Positions 39,501 through 52,178 of a DNA stretch of 64,000 bases are shown here, piece after piece. The notes beneath the pieces were generated by a model that was given only the letters and a program-made list of their open reading frames with translations, made no database searches and was not told where the DNA came from. This stretch comes from Sphaerodactylus townsendi (Eukaryota). Every line of letters starts with the position of its first letter. Positions within the stretch are counted from its first letter, which is position 1. Where the stretch lies: positions 102,300,001-102,364,000 of the forward strand of contig NC_059426.1 of the NCBI RefSeq assembly GCF_021028975.2. Reading direction: 5' to 3'. A program made the translations under genes and the position numbers.

Positions 39501-40165
39501 TCATTCATGGATAAAGGCCCAAAGTGGTCATCATATTAATGGCTCTGGTTCCACCCTAGTTTTGCCTAAGCTAGGCTCCATTTTATAGCTGATGCATTCA
39601 AAAATCATACAACACCTACTTATAACCAGAAAAGTATTTCTTTTTGCAGGAAAAATCCTGCTGCTCACTTTTTTGATGGGCTTGTTTTCCAATCTCTACT
39701 TTTCAAATCTGCATTCTGGGAGTAAAAAGTGTTTTGTATTCAGAATCAATGAAAACAAAAAATTGGGTCTAGCATTAACCTCAGTATCACTCCCAGACTA
39801 CTGTGGTGCTTTTAATTATTTAAAATGAGGTATTTTGCAGTATGCTGCTTTTCTTCTTCTTCTTTTACTATATTTTCCATATTTGTTGCAATATTTATTA
39901 TTGGTTTTAGGCTGATAGCACAATAAACCACTTCTCTTGAAGTGGAAAGAAAGAGTACAAATTGTCCAAATATATAAATAAATGTTCCTATAAGTTCACA
40001 TATGATTAGCTTCCCTTGCAGAATCATTTCATAGAAATTTATGCAACACACTCTGAGGTTTATTTTTTTTAATTTATTGTTCCACTTATATACCACCCTC
40101 CCCCAGACAGCACTTTATAGACTGAATTACATGACATGAAAGTTTCTCAAGAAGATACTCTTTAC

Positions 40166-41190
40166 CAGAGGTGTATCTAGGCAAACTGGAGCCCGGGGAC
40201 AAAACCTGAGTTTGGCGCCACCCCCCCCCCCCGTATGGGCAGCCACCCTCCCCCACCACGACCAAACAATCATTTTTTGCACCAGCTCACAAAACATCTC
40301 CCACCCCCAGAAAAACATACATGGCTCTCTCCCCACCAACAATCTTTCCTAATTTTGTCCTCACACCAACCCTATGAGGTAGGTTGTTAGCCTGAAAAAC
40401 AGCTCCAAGCCAGTGCAAGTAGGTATTAAGCATGTAAATCTCTCACAAATCACCCCCAGCAAAACATTTACCAAACAAATGTCAGCATCATCTCTCACAA
40501 AACACTTCCAGTGGAATCTACCCCCAGACAGCATCACTTTCAATGGTGTTTAAACTAGGGATCCCAGATTCTTCTTTTAAATCCACCGTAAAGGGAGAAT
40601 CTGGGGTCCCCAGTTAAAACAACATTGAAAGTGATGCTGTTTTGGAATGGATTCTCCCCCACTGTGAAACAGCATCACTTTCAATGTTTTAACTGAGGAC
40701 CTCGCATTCTCCCTTTAAGTCCATGCTGAAGGGGGTGGATTTAAAAGAATCTGGGGAAATTTGGGGGGTGCCTGCTGTCTGGGGTGCAATTGTTATGCTA
40801 GCAGCACCAAATTTTCAGGGTATGTTGAGGACACTCTCCTGATGATACCACCCAGGTTTGGTGATGTTTGGTTCAGGGAGTCCAAAGTTATGGGCCCTCA
40901 AATGTGTAGCCCCCATCTCCTATTAACTCCCATTGGAAACAATGGGTGATGGGACACACCTTTGGGGAGTCCATAACTTTGGACCCCCTGAACCAAATCT
41001 GGGTGGTATCATCAGGAGAGTCTCCCAAAAAATCCCTGAAGTTTTGGTGCTGCTAGCCTAAAAGCTGTGCCCTCTACAGGTCAAAAATTGAAAAAACCCC
41101 ACTAAAATACAAAAAAACCCACAAACTGGATGCGGAGCTTCAGACATGTAATGGTTTTGAATCCAGGAACACCCCCTTACCTACGTCCTC
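40166..41190. mobile_element. Composite non-autonomous DNA transposon(s) with internal inverted repeats
   Basis: Head shared with ~1835/1948. Internal inverted segments (e.g. GTCCAAAGTTATGG / CCATAACTTTGGAC) and a TIR-like end CCTACGTCCTCG. Confidence 0.5.
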
Positions 41191-41339
41191 GTCTATAACC
41201 CTTCTCCTGCTTTCACAAGCATCCTCTTGTGCCAGATCCCAACTTCCCTATACAGATTGCCTTATCGAAGTACAACCCACTTGTTAAAATGTTACAGTTC
41301 AAAAAACCTCTGTACTTAAATGGCACTGAATGTATTTGT

Positions 41340-44300
41340 TCTACTTGATGGTCTTTGAAGGAACTCATTAGCTATAACATTAAGATCAATTTTCTGAGAG
41401 ATCTGGTTATGTCCATGAAGAACAGCTATGTGATTGAGCCTTACCTGCCTTATGCTTGGCCGTAGAAAGGTCATTATTCTGCAAAGGCATCAGAATGACC
41501 TTTCTGAGGCGCAGAAGAAATAGTTATGGTAAGGGCCTATTCTGATAAGTTTAATTAATTCTGGTATTAGTTCACACATTTTTCTTGTTCTCCACTGGAC
41601 AGATCAATTACATCACAAAAAGCTGGAAGGTTAAATTGCCACTCCCTTGTAATATCTAAAAACATATTTCAATGAAGCTGTAGTTGGGCAGCATCCAAGT
41701 CAGTTTTGTAAAAGTTGAGAATGTATGTGTGAGGACAGCTTGGGAGCATGAAAATTAGAACCAACCAGGGTTGAAGGGAGATCACTCAAATAAAGGTTAA
41801 AGAGAGTAGGGGCCAGCACACAGCCTTGTTTAACCCCTTTGGTGGAGTGGATGGGGTCAGTAAGGAGACCTTCCTGGGAACATTTAATACGGCAGCTGGT
41901 ACCTGTGTGCAGTTGCCTTATAAGGAAAAGGAGTCTATCATCCATTCCAAGAGCAGCAAGCTTGGCCCAGAGGAATGATCTAGGAACAGCATCGAAAGCT
42001 GCCTTCAAATTGATAAAGGCAGCATAAAAGTAAAGTCTACTTTGTGGCCTGCATGAATATTTGGTGGCTAAATGTGCCAAGACTATCGCATGGTCGAGTG
42101 TCGACTTCCCTTTGGTAAATCCAATTTGTTCAATCCCAATTATTCGTGATTGTAAGGCCCAATTCTGAAGTTTTCGTAGAAGAAGCATGGCATAGACCTT
42201 CCCGATTACTGAGAGTAGGCTGATAGGGCGAAAATTAGGATCTGAACTGACCCCCTTTTTATAGATGGACACCACTACTGCAGTCAGCCAGAGTTTAGGG
42301 ATTACACCAGAGTTGTTAATTTGTGTGAATACAGTGGCTAAAATGGGGGGCCCACCAACCTACATGCAGCTTCAGGACCTCTGGAATAATTATGTCTGGC
42401 CCGGGGGGCCCACCAACCTACATGCAGCTTCAGGACCTCTGGAATAATTATGTCTGGCCCGGGGGCTTTCCCCCTCTTTAGTCCTTCTACTAATTCTGCC
42501 ACTTCATGGGGTGAAACCGGAGGCCAATTGGGGGAACAAATATTAGGAGTAAGGCTTACATTGCAATTCCTATCCTCCTGAAAAAGTTTACAGAAGTGTT
42601 CATACCAGACGTCAGGGGGAATACAGATAGAAATAGAGGATCTTTTTTGATCCATATTATTGACCAGAGCCCAAAACTTCCTGGTATCATTGGAAATCAC
42701 AGCAGAATACGAGTGCTCCCATTGTAAATAAACATGTTCAAGCTGTCTTACTTCCATTTGCTGGCGAAGGTTATTTTTACATTGCAATAATTGATTCCAA
42801 AAAACAGAAGATCGAGAGTTTTTGTAACATTGGTAAAGATATCGAATATTTCTATTACATTTCGCACATTCCTTGTCAAACCAAGGGACCTTATTACTAT
42901 TTAGTTTGGGTTTCCTCATGGAAAAGTTCAATAGAGAATCGACTATATACTCAATTAGTGATTCAAAGTTGGAGATCATCTCGTATGATGAGTCGGCATT
43001 AATGACAAGGGAGACAAGTCTACATAGACTGTGAGAACTAAACAGATCCTCAAGCATAGTCGCCATATTAGGGGACCAAACCAATCTGGGTAGATACTCA
43101 GCAGATGACTTGCTGTCTCCACGAACTTCTCTGCTCTGTGATCTGGTTAGAACAAGGTGAAGAGGAAAGTGATCTCCCAAGAGAAAATCCCCAATTTGGA
43201 AGGATTGCACCTTGGACTTCAAATGTGGAGAAATCAAACAATAATTGGTAACACTACAGCCGGAGGAGGAAATGAATGTAAAATCTTGAGAGTGTTCATA
43301 GTTTGTCAAGCCATTTAACCACAGTTTGTTGTGGTTAATTGCCAATTGGATTAATTTCTTACCAGCTGCATTAGTACCAGGGTCCTTTGAATTACGATCA
43401 GCAGGTAATTGGAGGGAAAAGGAGTAATCATCATCAAGCCCCTCATGTTCAAGGAGAGATACTAAATCAGCACCAACTCTAGCATTAAAGTCCCCCAATA
43501 GTAAGATTTCGCTTGAGGGATAGTTGGATTCAAGTTGAGAATGTATGTGTAATACCATCCTCTCCTTTAGCAAACTCTTCAATTTTGTGCATGTGTTGGG
43601 ACACATCTGAGAAAAGCCATTGTGTAAACTGTGTAGATATTATCACTGATTTCAGACAGGATTTTCCTGTAGAAGTCCTTAGGAGATGGAAGCAGGTGAG
43701 GATCACATCCAGCAGACTTTCTGACCTAGGAACCATAGGACTCTCTAAATCTAAGTCTTTTGCTGGCATGACTATTGGGGCCCAGAGCTGTTCGAAGTTG
43801 TTCCACAGTTGCTTTGCGCTCTCCTTTGCAGAAGCAAGAAGAAGTTCCGCTTGATGGAACTGCAGATTACATTTTTGAATAGCTGTGTTTAATGTGTCCC
43901 AACAACCAAACACAAGCAACAATAACTGTAGCATGAAGAAAGAAGCAAATCTCAACAAGCTTCATGCATATCCATCTGCTTTTGTACCACAATCTCCTCT
44001 CTCCTCAGAAGATACTTAGAAGATAATTAGAAGCCACTGACTGATTGGAAGCTGCTTTAACAGTCTACCTAGTGGGGCAAAATTGTTTCAGATTTATGTT
44101 CCCTGCCTGCCGGAAGTGTTTAAACAAAGCAACACATTTTGGTGACGTTTTCAGAAAGGTGATGTCAGATAACTTAGAACATTTCTACACATAGTAACAT
44201 TTTCTGACACATCTTGTACAACTAAGTTCACAACATGTGCAAAACAATGACCATACAGTGCCCTTGGCTCCTCAGCCTTTACAAGAGCCTGTACTCCACT

Positions 44301-45300
44301 AAGACGTCCAGCAACATTCAATGCTCCATCATGGCATAGGTCTCAACATCTGTCAAGAGAAAGATCAAAGAGACAGAGTGCATCTTTCGAAATTGAAAAG
44401 ACAGTTTTAGCAGCGGTGGATTCAGTTTCATAAAATCCCAAAAAACAATTCCTCCACTAATATTTCCTCTGTAGCAATGTGAATGCAAAATGAAACGTGT
44501 TCTTGTGTCATGATATCTATGGTCGCATCAATGATTACACTGTAATAAACAGCTTCTTTAATTTCTCCTGCTAGTGTACACGGAACATTGTGACCCATGA
44601 GCTCAAGCATTTCATTCACAATGGTAGGTGAAATCCATTTGCAGTTTGTACAATTCAACCATGATTTCAGCTATGGAATATCTTCAGCATGTAACTGCAA
44701 GAGCTGTTTCAGGTTTGACTCTTCCTCATCATGGCTGCATTTTACACTGCCCTGACAGGCAAGGTACCTTAATGATGATAAAATATCAGCAGTGCCTTTC
44801 GATCATCTTGCATTTGCTTCTGCTGGCCTTCTGAAAACTTGCTATGTTACTTTTACCCCAGCTTTAACAGAGTCTAAAGCTTGGACTGCTGCACAATGCA
44901 AGTTAGAATTCTGATGCCCGTGAAATCTCAAAAGTTTGAGAAGCCATTTTCAAGAAAGGCTTCACATGAATCCTTGTCTCTTCATATGTTTGGAAGAGGA
45001 ACCTTCATGTAATTTACTGCTAAGCGACAGATGTAACAATATGCTTTATCTACAGTAGTGCCACATCATAAGAGAGCCAGCCATAGATTATTTTGCAAGT
45101 ATCTTGGTACTGTTGTCCTGGCTTTTGCTTCACATTAGGAGCTGTTTTCTCTGAAGTGTCCCCCTCTCCCTTAGTTACTTGTCAAGGAAGACATAGTGGA
45201 AATTCCTCTAGGTCTCTCATTCAGGTCTATACTATAGGATGTTGTAGGTGTAAAAGAGGAATCTTCATAATCAGAAAGAATTTTCCTGTTTTTAATTACA
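41340..45300 (-). mobile_element. Decayed hAT transposase (Tip100/ZMYM1-like type), split by a LINE fragment
   Basis: Collinear fragments: TTF-zinc-finger-like WLSYDV..DKAYCYICR (~45030-45090), KWISPTIVNEMLELM...YYSVIIDATID...EHVSFC (44430-44650), and dimerisation domain ASERSF...RLNHIAVLH (~41410-41520). Many stops and frameshifts. Confidence 0.8.
41731..43531 (-). mobile_element. Internal fragment of a non-LTR retrotransposon (APE endonuclease plus N-terminal half of RT; RTE/RTE-X-like, clade uncertain)
   Basis: Motifs LLGDFNARVG, GDHFPL, KAPGPD, NFRPISLLS, EQIGF, KAAFDAV and GVKQGCVLAPTLFNLY. Flanked by a 19-bp direct repeat AAGTTGAGAATGTATGTGT. Confidence 0.9.
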
Positions 45301-46157
45301 AATCTAGTCATGGAAAATTGAATGGACTGGTGCACTAAAAACAATTCAAAGGAAAATATCAGAATTCTAAGGAGAAATGCCCCTTTGAAACTGTGCCACA
45401 TCACCTTAGGTAACAGCTAAATGAAGAGCATGTAAATACACAGAGTGCACATTCCTTGCCAATGTTCTCTCTGGGCTGCACACAGGGCAAAAGGAAAATT
45501 TAAAAAGGCCTCTGATCTGCATTTCCTCCTCCATCTTGTTCTTCCAGATGGGCTTTTTTATTGCTTCAGAGAGACAGCACCCAAGCCACCATTTTAGGAA
45601 TTGTCCTTTTCTTCAATAGATACCATCTTGCTATTTTAAAATGAAATGGAAAGTTCTGCTGCAGCTAGATGCATATTGAACAGAAACCTACCTTATGTAT
45701 TTTGGGGGTGGTTATTAATGATTTTTAAGCTCCTTGTTATTTTATTATGCTTTTATTAGATTTGTATCTAATGTATTTGAGATGTTATTAGCTGCCCTGA
45801 GCCCAGCTTTGGCTGAAGCAGCCCCACCCGTCACCACCACGAAAAAAATTACCGTTCTCGAGCAAGAATACATACTCATCCCACAGCAAAAACAACAGCA
45901 ACCGCAAGCAAAGCAATTTCAACAAGGGAACACAGGCACTACCCTTCCCCAGCGTTCACTTTACAAATTGCAATGTACTGATAATATAACCGAAAAGTAA
46001 CATAAAATAAAGACTCACCTTTTCCCAAATCAGCTAAATGTAAATTGGAATCAAACAAGTCTGTTAAGCTTAGAAGAGGCCATGCAATCTGACTGTTGCT
46101 ACATGGAAAGTGGGTTTAGCTATTCCCTTGAATACTGATTTAGCTGCAGATAGGATA

Positions 46158-48200
46158 AGTCAAGGGTGGCCAAACTTGCTTAATGTAAGAGCCACACAGA
46201 ATAAACTTCAGATAACTGAGAGCTACAAGACACGAACAAATATTACATATATGGGTTTTTTTAATTGCAACATGCACATTTTGTTACAAATATTCTATAT
46301 AAATATTAAGAAATATACATGCATAATTATTCTTGTATGTAATTTTTATTAACATTAAATGAGACAGCCAAAAATAAAAACAAAAGAGGTAAAACATATT
46401 GCTAATCATACTTTTTTGCCTAAGACACTAAATATTTGGTCAAAGCATGGAGAAAAAGAAAATTAGTGATGGTTACTGGCTATTACTGATAGTAGAAATA
46501 TTGTGAGTCTCCATTGTTGTCCTGCCCTTCATATCCTGACTTATTGAAATATGGATTTAATATGATTTTCCTGCAACATGTACTGACAAAGGCCAGCAAC
46601 CATGTGTCTAGCACAGTGTCCAAAACAAAAACAGGCCAAGTGCAAAAAGGCCTGTTAGCAAAATTAAACCATTGAATGAGTTACTCCAGTTAGCAGACTG
46701 GAAGCCTCATGGACATGTATCTTGATTACCACACCCTGCCAAGGTTGCTGTAACACAAAGGATCCAGGAAGCATCTTGCCACAAAAGGTTGCAAATTACT
46801 GCCTTTAGCAACCACCTCCTTCCCTGATCAATTCAAGCCTCAGTCAAATTTACATGACACACCTCGACGTAGACTCATAAAAGAAACTCTGCCCAAGCCA
46901 TTTAAGGCTACCCCCTGATTCAATCACAAGACAATTGGCTCTACTGTCCCGACATTTAGAAATCAATAGGTAAGCTGCTAATTAGCTTAACCCAGCAAAC
47001 CTAGCATGGAACTCCAGGAAGAGAGCTCCTTGCTCCTGCCCCAGATCGTGCTGTAGGGTATAAAAGTACAGTGCACCCCAAGTTCAGTGCTCTTTACTAG
47101 CCTGAACCTCTCTTGTGTCAAGTTGGTTTTGAGTCACAATATTGTCCTTCGCTTGGATTCACATGCTGGTCATTTGAATCCTTGCCTTCTCCAAGAACTT
47201 CTCAGCTGAACCTAGGTTAACGTATCAGTCCTCACTACCCCCTTCCTAATCTTTCATCCAAACCTATTTTTCCACCCTTTTTATATCTCTTAGGAACTGT
47301 GTGTAAGCTTCTCTAAGCCTGTGTGAATGCTTTTACCAAAACCTTATAAAAATATTTAAACTCAATTTGGTCTCTTTTGTGGAACGTTTTCAAGCCACTT
47401 TCTGGTATAGTTGTTCTAAAGATTCCCCCCTACCCCTCTAGCTGCCAAGCTATTCCCCATTGCCATTTTAAAACGTTTTCTTATTGTTGAGCTAGCGTAA
47501 CACCATCTTTGGTGTGAGTTGTTTAAAATCCGGATATGATGCCAAGGCTGTATGAATTAGTTCTTGTCAAGTGCTAATTTGTAAGGATTGAATGATGTTT
47601 CAGCTTCAAAAACTTTGTTAAAGAATAGAATGATTCACAGCAGTATATTATGCTGAAAATTGAAATAAGTCCTATGCTGGTTTTCTTCAGATAAGGATAT
47701 TTTATTTCTGAAACTTGATTCCAGAATTCAGTTGTAGATTGGGATTTATGAATCGTCTTCAGGCTCAGGTCCATCTGTAATGTGATTAGTTCCATTTTCA
47801 CAGTACTAGGGAACTGGACAATCATTGATTACATCAATGGACTTACAAGAAAGGCAAAGCAGGATTTCAGATTTTCCAAGTCCTTAAACCTGTCTAGGAA
47901 ATTATCAAGGAGTCCTCGTAATTTACCTTTGTAATTTATCTTCCAGTTTGAGATCTTTTATTTCATTGTTAGGGAATACATTTACTCTCTTTTTGACACT
48001 GGGAAAGTAAATTGAATTCCTTAACAGTATGTCTCTGAAAAACTCTTATTTTATTTTGAAAGCTGAGTCTGAGTAAAAGCAGAAACAATCTTAACCTTGC
48101 CCTGGAGTGCCAGGGTGAGAATCTGTAGGTGATTCATTATATCAGTAACAAACATTAAATCTTGCATTCGTTCATAATGACAAAACATCAGAATTGCAAT
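46158..48200 (-). mobile_element. 3' part of a decayed hAT-Charlie (SPIN/OC1/GTF2IRD2-like) transposon
   Basis: DLMFVTDIMNHLQILTLALQGK (48100-48170) and MELITLQ...EFWNQVSEIKYPYLKK...SIFSIIYCCESFYS..KFLK.KH.S.LT (47575-47800). TIR-like CAAGGGTGGCCAAACT at ~46161. Confidence 0.75.
46515..47502 (+). mobile_element. Solo LTR, 988 bp, inserted in the transposase C-terminus
   Basis: TGTT...AACA termini, 4-bp TSD CCAT (46511-46514, 47503-47506) and TATAAAA at ~47059. Removing it restores a continuous reading ...DFKQLTPKMETHNISTISNSQ-stop. Confidence 0.8.
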
Positions 48201-51200
48201 GCTTAGGTCGCATGTGGACTTAACAGACCCCTTGTAATAACTCATTAGAGCTGGTGAGATCCAGATTCCACCCAGCCATGAAGCCCATTGGGTGATCTTG
48301 AATTAATCTTTCTCAGCCTAACCTACTTCACAGTGTGGTTGTGAGAATAAAAAGAGACCTACATATGCCACGCTGAGTGCCTGGAAGAAACGGTAGAATA
48401 TAAATCAGACCAACCAACTGGGAAACACTGCACACTGTCCTTCAGCAAGGGACAAAGCCTGTACTGTTCTTAATCACTCACTAGGTATAATCCTCATCTC
48501 ACACTCTCTGCTCCTGCAGAAGAGAGGCAGGTATCAACTAGAGATGGGGATTTGGCTTACTTCCCACGCCTACCCCCACCTTCTTACTTGCTGGTACAAT
48601 TTATTTTTCTACATGGATCCTGCCATGACCCATTGTGGTGTCACCCAGGCTGCTGCCACCAGATTACAACATTGCTTACCAAGGTTGCTTGGTAACACCC
48701 ACAATAGTGGGTAAAATCTCATGAAGTTAGAGGGAAAAGCTTGGTCATGAAGTTACAGGGAAATCGGTTGGTCTGATTTATATACTAACCCACCCACCGC
48801 CCACAGATTTTTTTAAAGACTTTCTGAAAACCTGGGCTTTTCTCAGATTGCAGAAAGATGTTTTCACTGTTCATGGCTCCAATCTCAAAATTGTGTATCC
48901 ACAGATCAGACTACATTGACAATTAGGTACATTGATGACAATGATAAAAAGGCAGTGGTAAATAAGACTTGAGGATACTTTCATTGAGGATATAGTGGAT
49001 TCTGTACATTTCAAAATAACACTTTTAAACATTAATTAATAAATATTAGTGAGTTTAAAAAATCTTTTCATATTTACTAGATGACAAACTTAAATATAGA
49101 TCAAATCTTATTATCTTCATTGACTATTCATGTCATTAACCAATGGATGGAAATTTCAAATTTCCTTTAAAAGGCATAATTAGTTAAAAGCAATTATTAC
49201 ATAATCTGCAAAAACTGTAGTTAGACCAGCTAATGACAAACCTCTTAGCACTAATAGCCTATGTGGCTTTGCACCATTAATAAACTATTTAGCAATGTGA
49301 TTAATAATTTTGAATTTTCCCCTTAAATATTAGCACTTATAAGATCTATTAAAATAACTGTTTTTATTCACTGTTCAGAGAAGAGCTGAAAGTAAAGGGA
49401 GAAGATATCGGTATGGAGAATACGCCTTACAGATCCACCAGTTCTTCATGTGTTAATCCTTATGTGAGAGAATCAGTGAATATAAATCTGACATCGGAAA
49501 TGGCAATAGTCAGAAATGAGCGGACAAGTATTTTAACCTTGGTTGCTGATCTGAAAGTCTATAGAAAACTTCAAATGGGACATATAATGTAAAAGTGCTG
49601 AATTAGCGCTCATCAAGAAACAATTTCTGTTGCCTTGGCTTACAAAGACGCTTGGGATTCCTCACTCATAATTTCTAATAACTTCAATAGACAGTTCTTG
49701 TATCATATCATAACCTTTTACTAATGTTGGTCAATTCGTTTTAAAGTACCTCTTCCTTAAGTTACTTTATTTTATTGCAATTTTATGTTCACTGCACATA
49801 AGAGAGGTCAGAAGTCTCTGACCCATCACATCATCTGTTAAACTGGTTCAAGTCCCCACACAGCGGCTCAAATCTTTCCTCTTTTCTTCTCCCTGTTTCT
49901 AAATTTCTGAACACTGAAATCTGAACTGGAATAAATTTTAATTTTTACAGTGCCAATGAACACTGGTTCTGTTTTGCCACAACAGACTAACACACTACGC
50001 CACGGGAATGGTCAAAGGTCACACAGTAAGTTTTGCAGCAAATGATTTTAACCTGAGTTTAACCAAGGGCCATTCCAACATTCTAACTCAGGGGTGCACA
50101 AGGTCACCACAGCACCCACTAGAAAGTGGGCTTGGTCAGGTGGCTGTTTTTGAGCAATAGGGTTTCTGATTGAGTATGCAGATTTTTTAAATGTTGCTTT
50201 GGCAGCAGCTCTTTATTATATAACTAAACATAAGTTGTATGTGTGCAAGAAAATATTTCAAACAGTGTTTATTTTCAAAGTATTCTGTTCAACAGAGCTG
50301 CTGTCTGAAATGTTGAAGAGGTACTGTAAAGAATTTAAGCGTGGATTTACGCCATGACATTTGTGGTTGGTTTTGATTACTGTGGCAGCCATTTTGTGGT
50401 GAGCCCTCTATCCTGTCATAATTCCAAACAAACTCACAGGCTTAGGGGCCTCTGCCTAACATATCATATTAGCATTTCAATAATATAAGCAAGATGGTAC
50501 TACCAGGACTTGTTTTACTTTATTTCAAAAATTTATACCATTTTCCCATTCAGATGAATGCATGAAAATTTATTGTATGTGCTCACCCCCCTAGGAAAAA
50601 AAATGGAGGACAGAAGTCTGTGGGCAGCAGTTGCCAGTTAGCATCAATTTTTATAGGACTATCTACTGCCACACATCTGCTGTTATCACTTCATACTGTA
50701 AAGCCTACTTTAGATATTATTGTTTTCTTCCAAAATACTACTCACGGACTTCTTCTTTCTAAATTTATAAATGAGAATCTAAAACTGCTGGATATATTGA
50801 ATGCTTGAAAGTACAAGACTGACAGAGCATTCCCTTCATAACAAGACTGGGGACCATTCCTGCTCAAATTGTTAAAGGCACCATCTGCTCATATCACAGT
50901 GCTGCATGCAGCAGTTAAAACAGTGCAAGTGTTTTACTTTGTAAGAGACTTTTTACTTTGAACAGTTCATAATATGATGTCAAAATCTGAATGCATACCC
51001 AGGTTTGCTGCAGGATATAACAAATATAAAGAGTTGGCAGACAAGATGAGACAACAGACAAGATTCATCTTCAGACTTCACTACGACTTCATGATACAAT
51101 AATTAAAAAGGCAATGGGTTAATTTGACTGAACTGTTGACAGAAAAAGTTGACTAGCTGGATCAGCTTGAGGGTTGAAGCTCAAGAGAAAATTGGTAGTT

Positions 51201-51964
51201 CTCCTCCTCTTCCATGAACTTTCCATGAATGGTACAAAAACTTATGCAAGTGAAAAGGTAGGGGGGTTCTACTGAAGCCCTCCACACTGCGCTCTTCTAC
51301 TCCTGGAGTATACCCTGTTCCACGTAAAGACCTAAGTAAAATTGTAGCTTCATCACTATTTCCTCCTGCCCCCTCCCCATCAACATGCTCCACATCCCCC
51401 ACTTGCCACAGCCTGGTCTGGACTAGATTTTGAGTCAGGGGTGTAGAAAGGCGGGGAAGGGGGGGGGCGCAAAAGGAAATGGCAACTTAAGTTAAAATTT
51501 GACTTAGATACAGCTTTAGTGGAAAGGTAGATCATTCCATGAGCTCTTCTATATGAAAATACTTCCAACAGTAATGCACTGGAGGAAGTAATGAGATTTA
51601 GACAACTAAAGGCAGGCCAAGACCCACTAGAACTAGTGAATAGCCTTCATGCTCTAATTTGCTTTTCCTCCACAACGAAAGTGTTCCTAAATATTTAAAA
51701 CTATAGAAAGCTACAGATTTAATAAAAGTATATAAACAAATAATAGTTGAATGTTTCTAATACACAGGAGGTGGAGGTGTCCAAGTACAAGATAAGATTT
51801 GTACTCAACTCTGAATTTTTAACAGGTATTTACCTACCTACTGGCATTTCTTCTCTCATTATAAAATACTGTTCAAAGGAAAGCCATTAATGGTCCCAAA
51901 GAACACAGCTAATGCTATCATTTCAGGAAAAAACCATTTGCATTTGTACCAAATAATCACAATC

Positions 51965-51970
51965 TTTATT
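51965..51970 (-). terminator. Candidate proximal polyadenylation signal of PRMT3
   Basis: AATAAA on the minus strand ~70 nt after the stop codon. Usage unverified; more distal sites are possible. Confidence 0.45.
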
Positions 51971-52040
51971 CAGATGCAAGTATCTGAAATATGAGGCACG
52001 GTTTCAAAGTCTTTCTCAAAAGTTGGTTGTTGAATTATTT

Positions 52041-52178
<138 letters not shown>

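Noticed and set aside
42338-43606. 422-aa ORF as an intact or domesticated gene
   Set aside because: Chimeric: it starts in hAT sequence, runs through a truncated LINE and ends in a frameshift.
27617-46514. Two solo LTRs both duplicating a CCAT-containing target
   Set aside because: Different families and TSD lengths (5 vs 4 bp); two cases are compatible with chance.
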